NCBI GenBank assembly: GCA_034439575.1
Contig: JAWXAQ010000030.1
Coordinates: 128,001 to 192,000, forward strand
DNA length: 64,000 bases
Source of the DNA: Leptospira sp.
Lineage (GTDB): Bacteria > Spirochaetota > Leptospiria > Leptospirales > Leptospiraceae
Reading direction: 5' to 3'
Shown: piece by piece, positions 40,576 through 50,915 of the stretch
How the letters are laid out: the number at the start of each line of letters is the position of its first letter
Numbering within the stretch: position 1 is the first letter of the stretch
Position numbers and translations under genes: made by a program
The notes under the pieces: model-generated
Told to the model about the DNA's origin: nothing
Databases searched by the model: none
Seen by the model: the letters and a program-made list of their open reading frames with translations, nothing else

Positions 40576-41480
40576 AACGCCTAATTCTAGTTTTAAGTTT
40601 AATATCAGTTTGTATTTTTGCAAAAGGCGAAAATGACATTCGACCTGTTCATACCTATGCATTTTTGGCTTTAGAAGAAAATACTGAGTCCATAGAATTA
40701 CTACAATTTCTTAGAAATCAAATTTTTAGTTCAAAACGTGGTGAAATTGTCCATCAAACAAATCTTAGTATTGATTCTAATTTATTAAAAATGACGGATA
40801 CTGGTGTGTATGATATCAGTTTATTAAATAAAGAAACTCAAGTCTTAGGCGCTGAAAAATTAATTTTAATAAAGTCATCAAACACAATTACACAAATACA
40901 ATTGTTAGATTTAGAAACTGGTAAATTAGAATATAAAAATTCACTTCCTGAATCGATCCAAAAAACATTAATACAAGATTTTTATTCCTTCCTAGATAGA
41001 AAAAATATTTACCTTGCCATATCCGAAAAAAAATCTTCACCCTCTTCTCCTGTTAAATTTTCCTCTCTAAAATCAAAATATGTTGTTGGGGAATCCATTC
41101 GTTTTGAATTAGAAGCAAATGAAGATAACTTCATCTACGTTTTGTTAGTTCCTGAGAACAAAGGCGAAGAGCCTGTCCTTCTTTTCCCAAATCCAAATCA
41201 AACTGCAAATTATTTAAAAAAAGGGGAAAAGATTACGATTCCAGAAGGCTTAAATTCGCTTAGAACAGTTTCACCTTACGGTCGTGATAAGATTAAAGCC
41301 TTTGCATCTAAGGATGCATGGGATGAATTTCAATACAAAAATCGAAAAGGTGAATCCTTTTTCAAATTATTGCCACCAGCTCTCACTGGATCAAAATCCA
41401 TTGTCGTTACTGATCTTACTTCAAAATTAATTTCGAATACAAATGTAGCAGAATGGGAGATTCAAATTTCACCGAATTAA
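40572..41480 (+). CDS. Secreted DUF4384-domain protein
   Basis: YVVGESIRF..FIYVL..LLFPN..ITIP..PYGRDKIKAFAS. Confidence 0.8.
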   Translation: MKRLILVLSLISVCIFAKGENDIRPVHTYAFLALEENTESIELLQFLRNQIFSSKRGEIVHQTNLSIDSNLLKMTDTGVYDISLLNKETQVLGAEKLILIKSSNTITQIQLLDLETGKLEYKNSLPESIQKTLIQDFYSFLDRKNIYLAISEKKSSPSSPVKFSSLKSKYVVGESIRFELEANEDNFIYVLLVPENKGEEPVLLFPNPNQTANYLKKGEKITIPEGLNSLRTVSPYGRDKIKAFASKDAWDEFQYKNRKGESFFKLLPPALTGSKSIVVTDLTSKLISNTNVAEWEIQISPN

Positions 41481-41490
41481 ATTCATAAAA

Positions 41491-43272
41491 TTAGAAACCA
41501 AATATTTCAGTATTTGTGATATAATCAGGAACTCCCACACCAGAGAGTCCACCTAAGACCATGATTTTACCATCTGGTAAAACTAATAGTTTATGCCCTT
41601 CCCTACCCTGTTTGGTGGCATTCAGAACGAATCCATCTATTTCTTGTTTGGTCCAATTTTTTTCCACATCTGATAATACGGATGAAGAAGAAGAAACATT
41701 CCCACCTTGAATGAGAAAATTTCCATCAGGTAAAACTGCACCCGCATGATCAATTCTGCCCTTTGCCATATAATTATGCAAAGAAACTTTATTCGTAACA
41801 ACATCTAACTTTTGTATGATGTCAGTAGATAGTGATCCAGATCTACCCCCGATCAGATAATGATTCCCAGAACTATCTTTGAGTGCCACCATCATATCTT
41901 GTGCTACAATCAAATCGGGGCCAGCCGAAAAACTATCATTTGACGGATCAAAGATTTCAGTTGTTAGACCAGAACCACCCACAATCCAAAAACGTCCATC
42001 TGGTAAGGCCAAACATTGGTGGTTCATCCGAGATGTAGACATACTGGTTATAGATTGAATGGTTCCACCACCTGATCCATTCAAAGTAACAATTTCGGAA
42101 GTGGCTACCGCAGAACCCGTATTTGTTGTGCGACCACCTGTAATTAAAATTCGATTTGTAGCAATGAGGCAAGATCCATGACCTATTCTCGCACTACTAA
42201 GTGTTGGTCCATTGCCCCAAGTTCCTGTTGTCGGATTATATATATTTGTGCTATTTGTGATTGAACCCGTCAAATTCGTCGTGAATCCACCTGATAATAA
42301 AATTCTATCATCTGTTGTTTTTGATAGATTTGCAAATCGTCTTGCAATCGTTAAATTATTGTCTGCTTGAAAAGATCCCGTTACGTGGTTCCACCTTTCG
42401 ACAAAAAGTAAAGCCGCCGCACTCCCGCTAATGACACCAAGTCCTCCGATGACGAGAGTATCTCCATTTTGCAATGTCGCAATTTGAAAGTCCCTTCGTC
42501 CTCTACTCAAACTAGGTCCATCTGTCCATCCTAATATCCGATAGCTGAGAGTATTTTCTAATGGATTACCAGCTAAATCTTTTATACCAGATATTTTTAA
42601 ACTGAGACTACCGCCCTGCCTTGGATGTGTCCCTTGCCAAAAAATGCGCACAGAGGTCTCACTCAGTTTAGCAATGTTTCTAATCGTTAAACTGCCACCC
42701 GCAGAATTTGAAATTGTATAATTAGTTAATTGATCTATGCCCGTGACACTTTCATTAAAATTTAAATCAAATTGATTTGTTAAAAACACAGATATATCAT
42801 AAATTCCTGAAGGGAAGTTAGCAGTTACATTTGGTGAAAGTGTATCAATCGTAAACGAAAATTCTAGATCATCGCGAATCATTCCTTCACGATCAACTAT
42901 ACCATTCAATTTTATCTTCAGGACTCCAGCGACTAAATCTTCCTCTGATAAGATTCTAATTTGATTTTCTGCAAGATATTGGATTTTAAATCCAGATTGG
43001 GTGGCTGTGTCGAGTGATGATAATTGAGTGTAAGTAATCACATCAGAAACGCTTAAACTCGGAATTTTATAACCTAAGGGGCAGTCAATTTGAATGGAAC
43101 TCCATTCCTTTAAATAGGAATCGGATGAAGGCAAAGCCTTACATGTGTTATTTGATGCATTTGAAATATGAATCCCGAGTTCACCTAACAATAGATCGGA
43201 ATTTTTATTATTCGAATTTGGGACTTTGCAATTACAGAATATAAAAATAATCAGAAATAAAACTCTATTCAT
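41491..43272 (-). CDS. Lipoprotein with Ig-like domains and kelch beta-propeller
   Basis: IFCNC signal; FNESV..IKDLAGN; kelch repeats (LVIGG, ILLSGG, ILITGG, IMVLGG). Confidence 0.88.
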   Translation of the reverse strand: MNRVLFLIIFIFCNCKVPNSNNKNSDLLLGELGIHISNASNNTCKALPSSDSYLKEWSSIQIDCPLGYKIPSLSVSDVITYTQLSSLDTATQSGFKIQYLAENQIRILSEEDLVAGVLKIKLNGIVDREGMIRDDLEFSFTIDTLSPNVTANFPSGIYDISVFLTNQFDLNFNESVTGIDQLTNYTISNSAGGSLTIRNIAKLSETSVRIFWQGTHPRQGGSLSLKISGIKDLAGNPLENTLSYRILGWTDGPSLSRGRRDFQIATLQNGDTLVIGGLGVISGSAAALLFVERWNHVTGSFQADNNLTIARRFANLSKTTDDRILLSGGFTTNLTGSITNSTNIYNPTTGTWGNGPTLSSARIGHGSCLIATNRILITGGRTTNTGSAVATSEIVTLNGSGGGTIQSITSMSTSRMNHQCLALPDGRFWIVGGSGLTTEIFDPSNDSFSAGPDLIVAQDMMVALKDSSGNHYLIGGRSGSLSTDIIQKLDVVTNKVSLHNYMAKGRIDHAGAVLPDGNFLIQGGNVSSSSSVLSDVEKNWTKQEIDGFVLNATKQGREGHKLLVLPDGKIMVLGGLSGVGVPDYITNTEIFGF

Positions 43273-45025
43273 ATGAATATTCTTCTATTTGAGAGATAAA
43301 ACTTGCACTACTTCCACCTATTAAGTATACCTTCCCATTGGGCAAGATAACACCCGTAACATCTATCCTTGGGAATAACAGGCGGTTTCCTAATGTGAAA
43401 CGATTTGCATTTGGATCGTAATAGTCTATTTTTGGAACATAAGATCCATCTGCTTCACCACCAAACAAAACAGTTTTTCCTTCAGAAAAAGTGATACTTC
43501 CAAACTTAGATCTCGGCAATGAAAAACTAGTTGCTGTTCCAAAACTACCTACAGTAGGAATATAAATTTCTGATGTGTTCCCACCTCCAAAAACAAAAAT
43601 TTTTCCATTCGACAATTCTCGAACAAAAAAAGATGATCTTCCAAAAATTAAATCGTAATTCGTAGAGATAGAAAAGGATTCCAAAGTCTCATCAAAAATT
43701 TCTGTTTTATAAATATATTCATCACTCAACAATTTTTTTAAGCCACCAAAAAGGTAAACTTTTCCATCAGATAACCTCTGTAACACAAAATCCCTTCTTT
43801 CGAAATTCATGTTATTCCCATTTGCTAAAGTGTTGGTTACAGGATTAAAAATTTCTGTCGTGGAGGTACTTAAAAAAGGAGATGAATTTTCGACTTCTAT
43901 ACCACCAGCAATCAATACCTTTCCATTCGATAATAATATGGCAGAATGATCCATTCTAGCTCTAGATAAAAATGGACCATTTGAAAACATTTCTGTCGAT
44001 GGGTCAAAAATTTCTGTGTTATTTATCGCATCTGTGGCACTTTGTGTAGTATTTTTATCTCCACCAGCAAAAAACACCTTTCCGTCTTGTAACAAAGTCG
44101 CAGTATGCCTTCGCCTAGCGGTAATTAAATTTCCAACGGAACGAGTCAATTTCGTTTCTGGATTATAAATCTCGGCTGTATTAGTAACGCCTGTTGCTGT
44201 TACACCTCCCGCAATTAATATTTCCCCAGTTCTTAAAATTACGACAGATGCTCCTGAACGCGCAGTGATAAGATTTCCGGATTGTTTAAATCCATAGACT
44301 TGGAATTGTAAAACGGAAGAATGTATCAAATTGCCAGCAGTATCTTTTATATTTGTGACACTAATCTTTAAGATTCCACCGCTACTAGAGGGCAAACCAG
44401 TATAAAACAAACGATAGTTATTTGACCGAATCCTAGTCACACTCGACAATCGTAGATTTCCAGTCGCAGTTCCAGAAATTGAATAATTATCCAATAACTC
44501 CGCACCATTCACACTTTCATTAAATAATAAATCCAAGTATCCAGAATTAAAAAAACTAGTGTCTAAAATATTTCCATAAACACTCGTTAGAGTCGGTGCC
44601 GAAGGATCAAAAACAACATCAATGGATTCAGGATATATCGACTTTCCGACTAAGGTTGCTAATTTGGTAAAATCAATCTTATAGGTGGCCGCAATAGCAG
44701 TATCTCGAAACGAAATGGAAATTTTAAAATTATCCATCTGCTCCCAATTTACTTCATCTTCTACACTATTTTGATTTTTAGAAACAGAAACATGATTCTG
44801 AAATTGGTTTGTGATGATAGGTTCAGAAAAAGTAAAACTAATGTTACGAGATGAAACTGGCCGACTTACATCCAAATCGGCATTCACCTTGATTTGCGGT
44901 CTAAGTAAAAAATTGCCAATCTCACCGACAAATAATTTGTCCAAATTCTCATTTTTTGAACCGCCGAGAATATTGCAGGCATTAATGAATAAAAATGAAA
45001 TGAATATCCTAAAAAAATTATTCAC
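43265..45025 (-). CDS. Lipoprotein with Ig-like domains and kelch beta-propeller
   Basis: INAC lipobox; FNESV..IKDTAGN; RHTATLLQDGKVFFAGG-type repeats. Confidence 0.9.
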   Translation of the reverse strand: MNNFFRIFISFLFINACNILGGSKNENLDKLFVGEIGNFLLRPQIKVNADLDVSRPVSSRNISFTFSEPIITNQFQNHVSVSKNQNSVEDEVNWEQMDNFKISISFRDTAIAATYKIDFTKLATLVGKSIYPESIDVVFDPSAPTLTSVYGNILDTSFFNSGYLDLLFNESVNGAELLDNYSISGTATGNLRLSSVTRIRSNNYRLFYTGLPSSSGGILKISVTNIKDTAGNLIHSSVLQFQVYGFKQSGNLITARSGASVVILRTGEILIAGGVTATGVTNTAEIYNPETKLTRSVGNLITARRRHTATLLQDGKVFFAGGDKNTTQSATDAINNTEIFDPSTEMFSNGPFLSRARMDHSAILLSNGKVLIAGGIEVENSSPFLSTSTTEIFNPVTNTLANGNNMNFERRDFVLQRLSDGKVYLFGGLKKLLSDEYIYKTEIFDETLESFSISTNYDLIFGRSSFFVRELSNGKIFVFGGGNTSEIYIPTVGSFGTATSFSLPRSKFGSITFSEGKTVLFGGEADGSYVPKIDYYDPNANRFTLGNRLLFPRIDVTGVILPNGKVYLIGGSSASFISQIEEYSYE

Positions 45026-46811
45026 TTATTTTTATCCTTTGGACTGGATTTTCCCCAGTGATCACTAAAATATCTGTTTTGCTAATTTGGTGAATGCTTG
45101 TACAGGTGCTTCTGTAGTTAAGTGCTCCGACCGTATAAATCCTGTTATTCATTAAATTTAGTGATTCCAGTGAATAAGAATTTCCTCCATCTGTATTCCC
45201 ACCAATAGCTAAAATATGTTTATCATTCCAAAAAGAAAAACCAGCCAGATACCTTTGTTCCGAAAAATTACCAACTAAGGAAACACTTCCATCCTTTGCT
45301 ATCTTTTCAATTGCTGTAATCTTATCTAAATTTCCTCCGCCTAATATATAATATTCATTCTCTCCATATTTTAAAACCGTATGGAGTCGACGTGTATTTA
45401 GAAGGGTCGAAGATTCATTAGTGCCAACAGCAATTGTTGGATCGTACCATTCAAAGGTATTGGCATGAAAACTTTGACTCAAAATTCCCCCTGTGACAAG
45501 GATCTTTCCATTAACACCTGCTACTACGTCAAGTCCATCACGTCCACTTGCTAAATTGCGGACATTTTCAAAGGTATTGGAGGCAAGTAAATACCGATCT
45601 ACACGACTTAAATAAGCGAGGCTATTTCCGGCGGCAGGAGTCCCACGACCACCAAGTATATATAAATTGCCATCCACACCAAATGCAGATTTATGACCGT
45701 ATCTAACTTGGGCAGGTAAAGTGCCCGTGACGGGGGACTGAATTTCTTCTGGGTCTAAAATTTCAAAGTCACTTAAAAAATTTGTTAGGTTACTTGAAGG
45801 TCCTTTCAGTCCAGCGACAACGATTACCTTTCCATTAGACAAGAGGTTCGCTGTAAAATCCGATCTGGATTGGTTAAGAGAAAAGGCATAATTCGAAAAT
45901 TGATTTGTACTCGGATTAAAAACTTCAATACTGGAGATAGTGACCGCTGGATTTGAATTTGGTTCTATGCCACCTATAATCATAATATTACCATTATTCA
46001 ATGTGACAAGCCTCGGATAACAACGATTTGTATTCAAATTACCAAGAGATTTAATCATTGGTTGGTAATAGTCGTAAGTTTTTTTGCTTAAAGTCTCTCC
46101 TGCTTTGTCAGTAATATTTGTTAGTGTGAGAGATATTTTTGTATAAGATAGATATGGTTTGCCTGACAATACGAGTCTGTACTCATTCGCACTCAATGAC
46201 AAAACATTAATGATTGCCACCTCATTTGCCATGGGTTCAGAAAAAGAATAATTCTCCTTAATACTTGCTCCATTTACTGGTTCTGAAAATTTGATATCAA
46301 GAAATCCATCATCGAGAAAGGAAGGAAAGTCCCCGTCATTAAAATTCAAAGTGGCCGTTGGAGATTTTCTACTTATCACATAACGTAATCTAAACGACTT
46401 GTTTTCTTCCCCGAATTTCCCCATATATTTATGATCTGAAATAAGCAGAAAAAATTCACCTTCTTCTGGTTCCCCTTTAAAAACAAGAGTGATATCTTTT
46501 TTACTTTGTTCATTGAATTCAATAATTTCTAAACTTCCTTTTGCCTCACCTTCGATTGTGAAATCGTTCCGAGTCATAATTGAAACGATGGGATAGGGAA
46601 ATTTAATTTTTAATTCCGTAAAATTTGTGAGGACCGATTCAACTTCTGGCGTCGATGAAATTGACGGTTCTATATTTAAGTTTACAATTTCTGAGGCAAG
46701 TGCATTTAGCAGTTTATTGTTTTGATTTGAGTCATTCATCGAACAACATAAATTCAAAAATAGGAATGTACCAATGTATATCTTAAAAACGGTACTCATA
46801 AACAAATTCAT
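45018..46811 (-). CDS. Lipoprotein with Ig-like domains and kelch beta-propeller
   Basis: LNLCC signal; FSEPV..ITDKAG; FTANLLSNGKVIVVAG-type repeats; start possibly 46799. Confidence 0.88.
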   Translation of the reverse strand: MNLFMSTVFKIYIGTFLFLNLCCSMNDSNQNNKLLNALASEIVNLNIEPSISSTPEVESVLTNFTELKIKFPYPIVSIMTRNDFTIEGEAKGSLEIIEFNEQSKKDITLVFKGEPEEGEFFLLISDHKYMGKFGEENKSFRLRYVISRKSPTATLNFNDGDFPSFLDDGFLDIKFSEPVNGASIKENYSFSEPMANEVAIINVLSLSANEYRLVLSGKPYLSYTKISLTLTNITDKAGETLSKKTYDYYQPMIKSLGNLNTNRCYPRLVTLNNGNIMIIGGIEPNSNPAVTISSIEVFNPSTNQFSNYAFSLNQSRSDFTANLLSNGKVIVVAGLKGPSSNLTNFLSDFEILDPEEIQSPVTGTLPAQVRYGHKSAFGVDGNLYILGGRGTPAAGNSLAYLSRVDRYLLASNTFENVRNLASGRDGLDVVAGVNGKILVTGGILSQSFHANTFEWYDPTIAVGTNESSTLLNTRRLHTVLKYGENEYYILGGGNLDKITAIEKIAKDGSVSLVGNFSEQRYLAGFSFWNDKHILAIGGNTDGGNSYSLESLNLMNNRIYTVGALNYRSTCTSIHQISKTDILVITGENPVQRIKISE

Positions 46812-48159
46812 ACCGATTGGCTTGGTGATTGGTTAATGTCGAATAAGGAGAACTATCTCTTCGCATGGTAAAGTTAAATTTCTGATTTGATTCTATAGCT
46901 TTGTATGGAAAGAGAGCCAAATCTGCGAGATTCCATAAATAAAATAAACCTAACAAGAGTGATGTTTGTTCAAATCGAGTTCTAGTTTCTTCTAAGGCAT
47001 TTTGTTTCGGTTCAAGTAAATAACTATTGATGATAAATGATTCGCCGAAACGCGTACTAGGTGGTATTCCCACAAAAGAAGAATATTCATCTTTGGCATT
47101 TCTATACTGCACATAAGATTCTACGGTCGCTAGTAATAAAATCCCCGCAATTCCCATATACACTTTACCTTTGTTAGAATCGCCTTGATAGTATTGGCCC
47201 CAACCAGGATATAGAATAGAGCGAATCCACACAGCTTCACGGTTTTGAACAACAATCGGAACATCCGCCAAACTTACGTCAGGGTTAGTTGGGAATGATA
47301 AAACCAAATCACCAGATTTTTCACCAAAGTATTTTGTATAAGGTTTTTGTTGTTTATTTTTTCTCACTGACCAGTCTTTCACGGCAGCAGTAATGTAATT
47401 TTCTACTTCACTGAATGTTACTTGTTTATCGCGATTCACATCAGCTCTACCTTCGAGTGCATAAATTAAAAATTTTGTAAATACACCATAAGAACTTTCA
47501 TCATCTTCATAACTAAAAAAACCAGCTTTTGTAGAATATAAAATTCCGAATATTTCTCCGTCTAAATTATCTTTGACACGAAGCGTATTTGTATTTGCAT
47601 TTTTAGAAGTGAACATAGCGTCTCGACACGCATCTAAAAATAAAATTGAGTTTTTTATACCTCTAAGACTAATTTTTTCAACTACGCTTTCTACCGACAA
47701 AGACGAGTTAAATGGTTTTGAAAGTACAGAATCTTGAGTGAGTAAATATCCTTTTTCTTCGTAATCTGATACTCCGTGACCAGAAAAGAAAAATACGAAA
47801 AGATCTTCTGGATTAGCATTTGATAATAGTGAATCCAATTTTTCTTCTATATTCAGTTTGGTGGGAAATAAAGAATCAGGATCATCCTTTGGATTCATTT
47901 CATCTGTCATAATCACGACAGAATCAAATTCACCGTTTTGTACTAAAATTTTTGCGATTCCTTTGGCATCATTTCTTGCTTTTTTTAAATCATTCAAACC
48001 CACATCTTTGTATTCGTTGATTCCGATGATAAGGGCTATCCGTTTTCCCGATTGTTTTTCCCCAGCTGAGATTCCTTTGTTTTGTGGTTCGGAATAAAGA
48101 CTACAAATATTGCCTAATAATAGTACAAAAATGGAGAGGTGAATCAATAATACAAACAC
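46783..48159 (-). CDS. Secreted caspase-like peptidase C14 with C-terminal membrane (DUF5683-like) region
   Basis: RIALIIGINEY, NDA, FFFSGHG and LFLDACR (His-Cys dyad), GVFTKFL; SILYPGWGQYY plus hydrophobic helices; terminal YEYRF. Confidence 0.9.
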   Translation of the reverse strand: MFVLLIHLSIFVLLLGNICSLYSEPQNKGISAGEKQSGKRIALIIGINEYKDVGLNDLKKARNDAKGIAKILVQNGEFDSVVIMTDEMNPKDDPDSLFPTKLNIEEKLDSLLSNANPEDLFVFFFSGHGVSDYEEKGYLLTQDSVLSKPFNSSLSVESVVEKISLRGIKNSILFLDACRDAMFTSKNANTNTLRVKDNLDGEIFGILYSTKAGFFSYEDDESSYGVFTKFLIYALEGRADVNRDKQVTFSEVENYITAAVKDWSVRKNKQQKPYTKYFGEKSGDLVLSFPTNPDVSLADVPIVVQNREAVWIRSILYPGWGQYYQGDSNKGKVYMGIAGILLLATVESYVQYRNAKDEYSSFVGIPPSTRFGESFIINSYLLEPKQNALEETRTRFEQTSLLLGLFYLWNLADLALFPYKAIESNQKFNFTMRRDSSPYSTLTNHQANRYEFVYEYRF

Positions 48160-48247
48160 GGTAGGGCCTTAATCTCAAGTTTCCAGTGCTAGCTTTTTTT
48201 TCCACAAAATCTTGCAAAAACTACATACTAGTTTATAAAAGTAGATT

Positions 48248-48445
48248 ATGAACCGTATACTCAAAATCTCATTTCTTATCTTCTTACTTGTTTCGGGCGC
48301 TCTCCTTTGCAAAAAGGATGATAAAGATAAAGACAAAAATAGTTTAATACTATTCGGTATTCTATTGAGCCGGGCTTCTTCATCTGCTGCATGTAACCCT
48401 CAATCTGGTTTTACAATTTGTATACCACAAGGAATCGCGGAATAG
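48248..48445 (+). CDS. Small lipoprotein
   Basis: Signal ending GALLC, then KKDDKDKDKN-SLILFGILL; two further cysteines. Confidence 0.65.
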   Translation: MNRILKISFLIFLLVSGALLCKKDDKDKDKNSLILFGILLSRASSSAACNPQSGFTICIPQGIAE

Positions 48446-48447
48446 AT

Positions 48448-49662
48448 ATGAAATATTTGATTTATCTTTTATTATTTTTGGGTGTGAATCTTCGTTTTTC
48501 GGATCGTATCTCACAAAATCATTCAGATACATTCGCAATTTATGATATTACAAAGGTATTAAGTATCAATATGGGTGCAGAACCTGTATTCGCGGATGCA
48601 AATTCATGGGGTTTTGTGCGTCAATCTGCCACTTGGGCCAGAGGAAATTCCAATCTGATTGACTTACTTATAGCTGGATTAAAAAAAGCAGGCTATTTTA
48701 CAAATACAAGTCCCGTCTCCCAGACCCTGGCAAACATCAACCTGGATGGACTAGGCAGTACCACTATACGACTTAAATTAAACCAACAAGCGACACCTAT
48801 CACTGGTATAACGGCTTCGGCATATTCTGGTTCAAAGTCTTTCAATCATTTTTTGGAAATCACAAAAACGGGAAATTCAACACCAAGTTTACAACTTTTT
48901 TTTGACGATCCAAATACACTTTTAGGAAATGACGGGGGACTCATCTACTATCGTATAGGCGACTGGAATAACGCTCAATTTGCAAATGTGGGAAGTGTGA
49001 TCACAGAAAGTTATACAGCAAACGAATCTAGTTATGGAACCAAATTCCAATCATATACGTGGAAAAATGGTCCTGAAAATTCCTCTTGGCCAAGTGATAT
49101 CGGTCGTGTAATTTTAACAGAAGTGGATTCGGGAAAACAACTTTGTTTTCGCTCAGTAGTCCGATTGAAATTTAGTAAACTAATAGCGATTAGCCCTAGC
49201 CAAACGACAAACTTAAACAATTTAAAAACAGTTTGTGGTGGCAACGATCAAATCTATTACGGACTGGCATATATGCAAAAATTTGATAGTCCCTTTTATA
49301 CGACGGCCAAAGCAAGTATTTCTCCGCTAACAGCAAATAATGGAGCTTTCCCAGAAACCATTTGCAATTTGTCTTCGTCAATTAGTGGGGCAAAACTTTC
49401 CTATGGTATTTTTGATGTGAATGGCTTTGTGAAAGATAATTTATCGGCAAGCGAAGTACCAAGCACTTACCCGAGCCCAACAGTTGGCGGAACAGACTAT
49501 ATGTCCGTTGATGAAGCTTTCACAAGAACAGGAATAGATAACACAACAGTTCTCGGATCTGGGAAACCTGCAGCAAAGGTCTATGAGTATTCTAGCAAAA
49601 CGTATTTAGATAGTTTAACAGGGACAGAAGGTGACAAATTAAGTTTTAAAACTGTAAACTAG
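48448..49662 (+). CDS. Secreted hypothetical protein
   Basis: ATG 2 bp after the preceding stop; N-terminal hydrophobic signal; Ser/Thr/Asn-rich; no motif recognised. Confidence 0.7.
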   Translation: MKYLIYLLLFLGVNLRFSDRISQNHSDTFAIYDITKVLSINMGAEPVFADANSWGFVRQSATWARGNSNLIDLLIAGLKKAGYFTNTSPVSQTLANINLDGLGSTTIRLKLNQQATPITGITASAYSGSKSFNHFLEITKTGNSTPSLQLFFDDPNTLLGNDGGLIYYRIGDWNNAQFANVGSVITESYTANESSYGTKFQSYTWKNGPENSSWPSDIGRVILTEVDSGKQLCFRSVVRLKFSKLIAISPSQTTNLNNLKTVCGGNDQIYYGLAYMQKFDSPFYTTAKASISPLTANNGAFPETICNLSSSISGAKLSYGIFDVNGFVKDNLSASEVPSTYPSPTVGGTDYMSVDEAFTRTGIDNTTVLGSGKPAAKVYEYSSKTYLDSLTGTEGDKLSFKTVN

Positions 49663-50801
49663 TTTTGACGATAAATAGCATTGGAGATGATCACGCCAGA
49701 TAGAGTGATGATCTCCAATCTAATGTATGGATCATTTTCTGACATTTGAAACACAGCTTCATTCGTACTGGAATCTATTTGACGAAACTCTCCCCCTTTA
49801 CCGATCCATCTAATCTCCATATAACGCTCATTTGATGTCAACTGGATTTGATTTTGTTTGTTTAATTTGATATTTGGTAATAATGGATCTTCAGCTTCTC
49901 TGAAATGTTTTCTGACACAATAGAATGCACCGTCAAATAATGCTTTTTGGTAATCGCTTCCATTTATTTTTTCAGAGGCAGTCGTTACATAACGTTTCAG
50001 GCTCTCACCTTTTCGTCCTCTTTGAAAAAGAACTTTTTGCAATAGATCCTTCCAAATTGGTTGCTCAAATTTTTGTATCGTTTCTTCCGCAAAATAATGT
50101 AAGTCATCTGTCGACATACAATGGACATTTCTGCCCGAAGTCAAAAGAGTATCCAATATCTTTGTATCATCGCCAAAAGGAGAAAATACTTCTATGGCAT
50201 TGTAGTTTTGGATATTGATTAGGTCTTCCTTTGTAAAAGAATCATTTAGTTTTGGGTGAGAAACGACAACATAACTTCCGTTCTTCTGCATTTGTTTAAA
50301 TGTCCAATTCACATTTTCTCTTCTTGCATAGATTGGAAAATAGTCAGAAACTATTTTTTTACCACCGATACCGAGTGCATGTCTCTTTCTTAAATTCCGT
50401 CCCCATTCATAACCTGAAATAAATCCATTCTCTTCGTCGCCAAACTTATCGTAATCTGTAATTCCTAACAAAGAATATCCATTTTTTTGATAAACATCCT
50501 TTATCTCTGCTTTGGTATGCCTTTCTGGTGTGTACCAAACCGAGTCAGAATGAAGATGAAGGGCTGATTTTTTTGTATGAGAGATAAAGTCAGAATTTTG
50601 GTAGGGATTAATAATCACAGAACCAGAAAAAGGAACAGCGTCACTCTTCTGTTCTCTTAAAAAGGAAACAGTCAATAGCTGAAATATTAAAAAAAGGAAA
50701 AATAATGATAAACATATGATCGTTGTGAGTATCAGCTTAGGATTTTTTCTTTCCCCAGTGACTCTATTCACAGTCGATATCTCAGGTATCGATAATAGCA
50801 T
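49659..50801 (-). CDS. PHP-domain metallophosphoesterase (CehA/McbA-like), membrane anchored
   Basis: LHLHSD, GITD, GYEW..H, VSHP, IEVF, STDDLH. Confidence 0.8.
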   Translation of the reverse strand: MLLSIPEISTVNRVTGERKNPKLILTTIICLSLFFLFLIFQLLTVSFLREQKSDAVPFSGSVIINPYQNSDFISHTKKSALHLHSDSVWYTPERHTKAEIKDVYQKNGYSLLGITDYDKFGDEENGFISGYEWGRNLRKRHALGIGGKKIVSDYFPIYARRENVNWTFKQMQKNGSYVVVSHPKLNDSFTKEDLINIQNYNAIEVFSPFGDDTKILDTLLTSGRNVHCMSTDDLHYFAEETIQKFEQPIWKDLLQKVLFQRGRKGESLKRYVTTASEKINGSDYQKALFDGAFYCVRKHFREAEDPLLPNIKLNKQNQIQLTSNERYMEIRWIGKGGEFRQIDSSTNEAVFQMSENDPYIRLEIITLSGVIISNAIYRQN

Positions 50802-50915
50802 GGAAATAGTCTGACAGATTCATTTTCCATTTGTATTCCATTTGTGTTACAAATTTGAAATAATTAAAATTCTCTTTCGCCTTTCCAGTAGAGCTTAGAA
50901 AAATATCTCTGGTTT

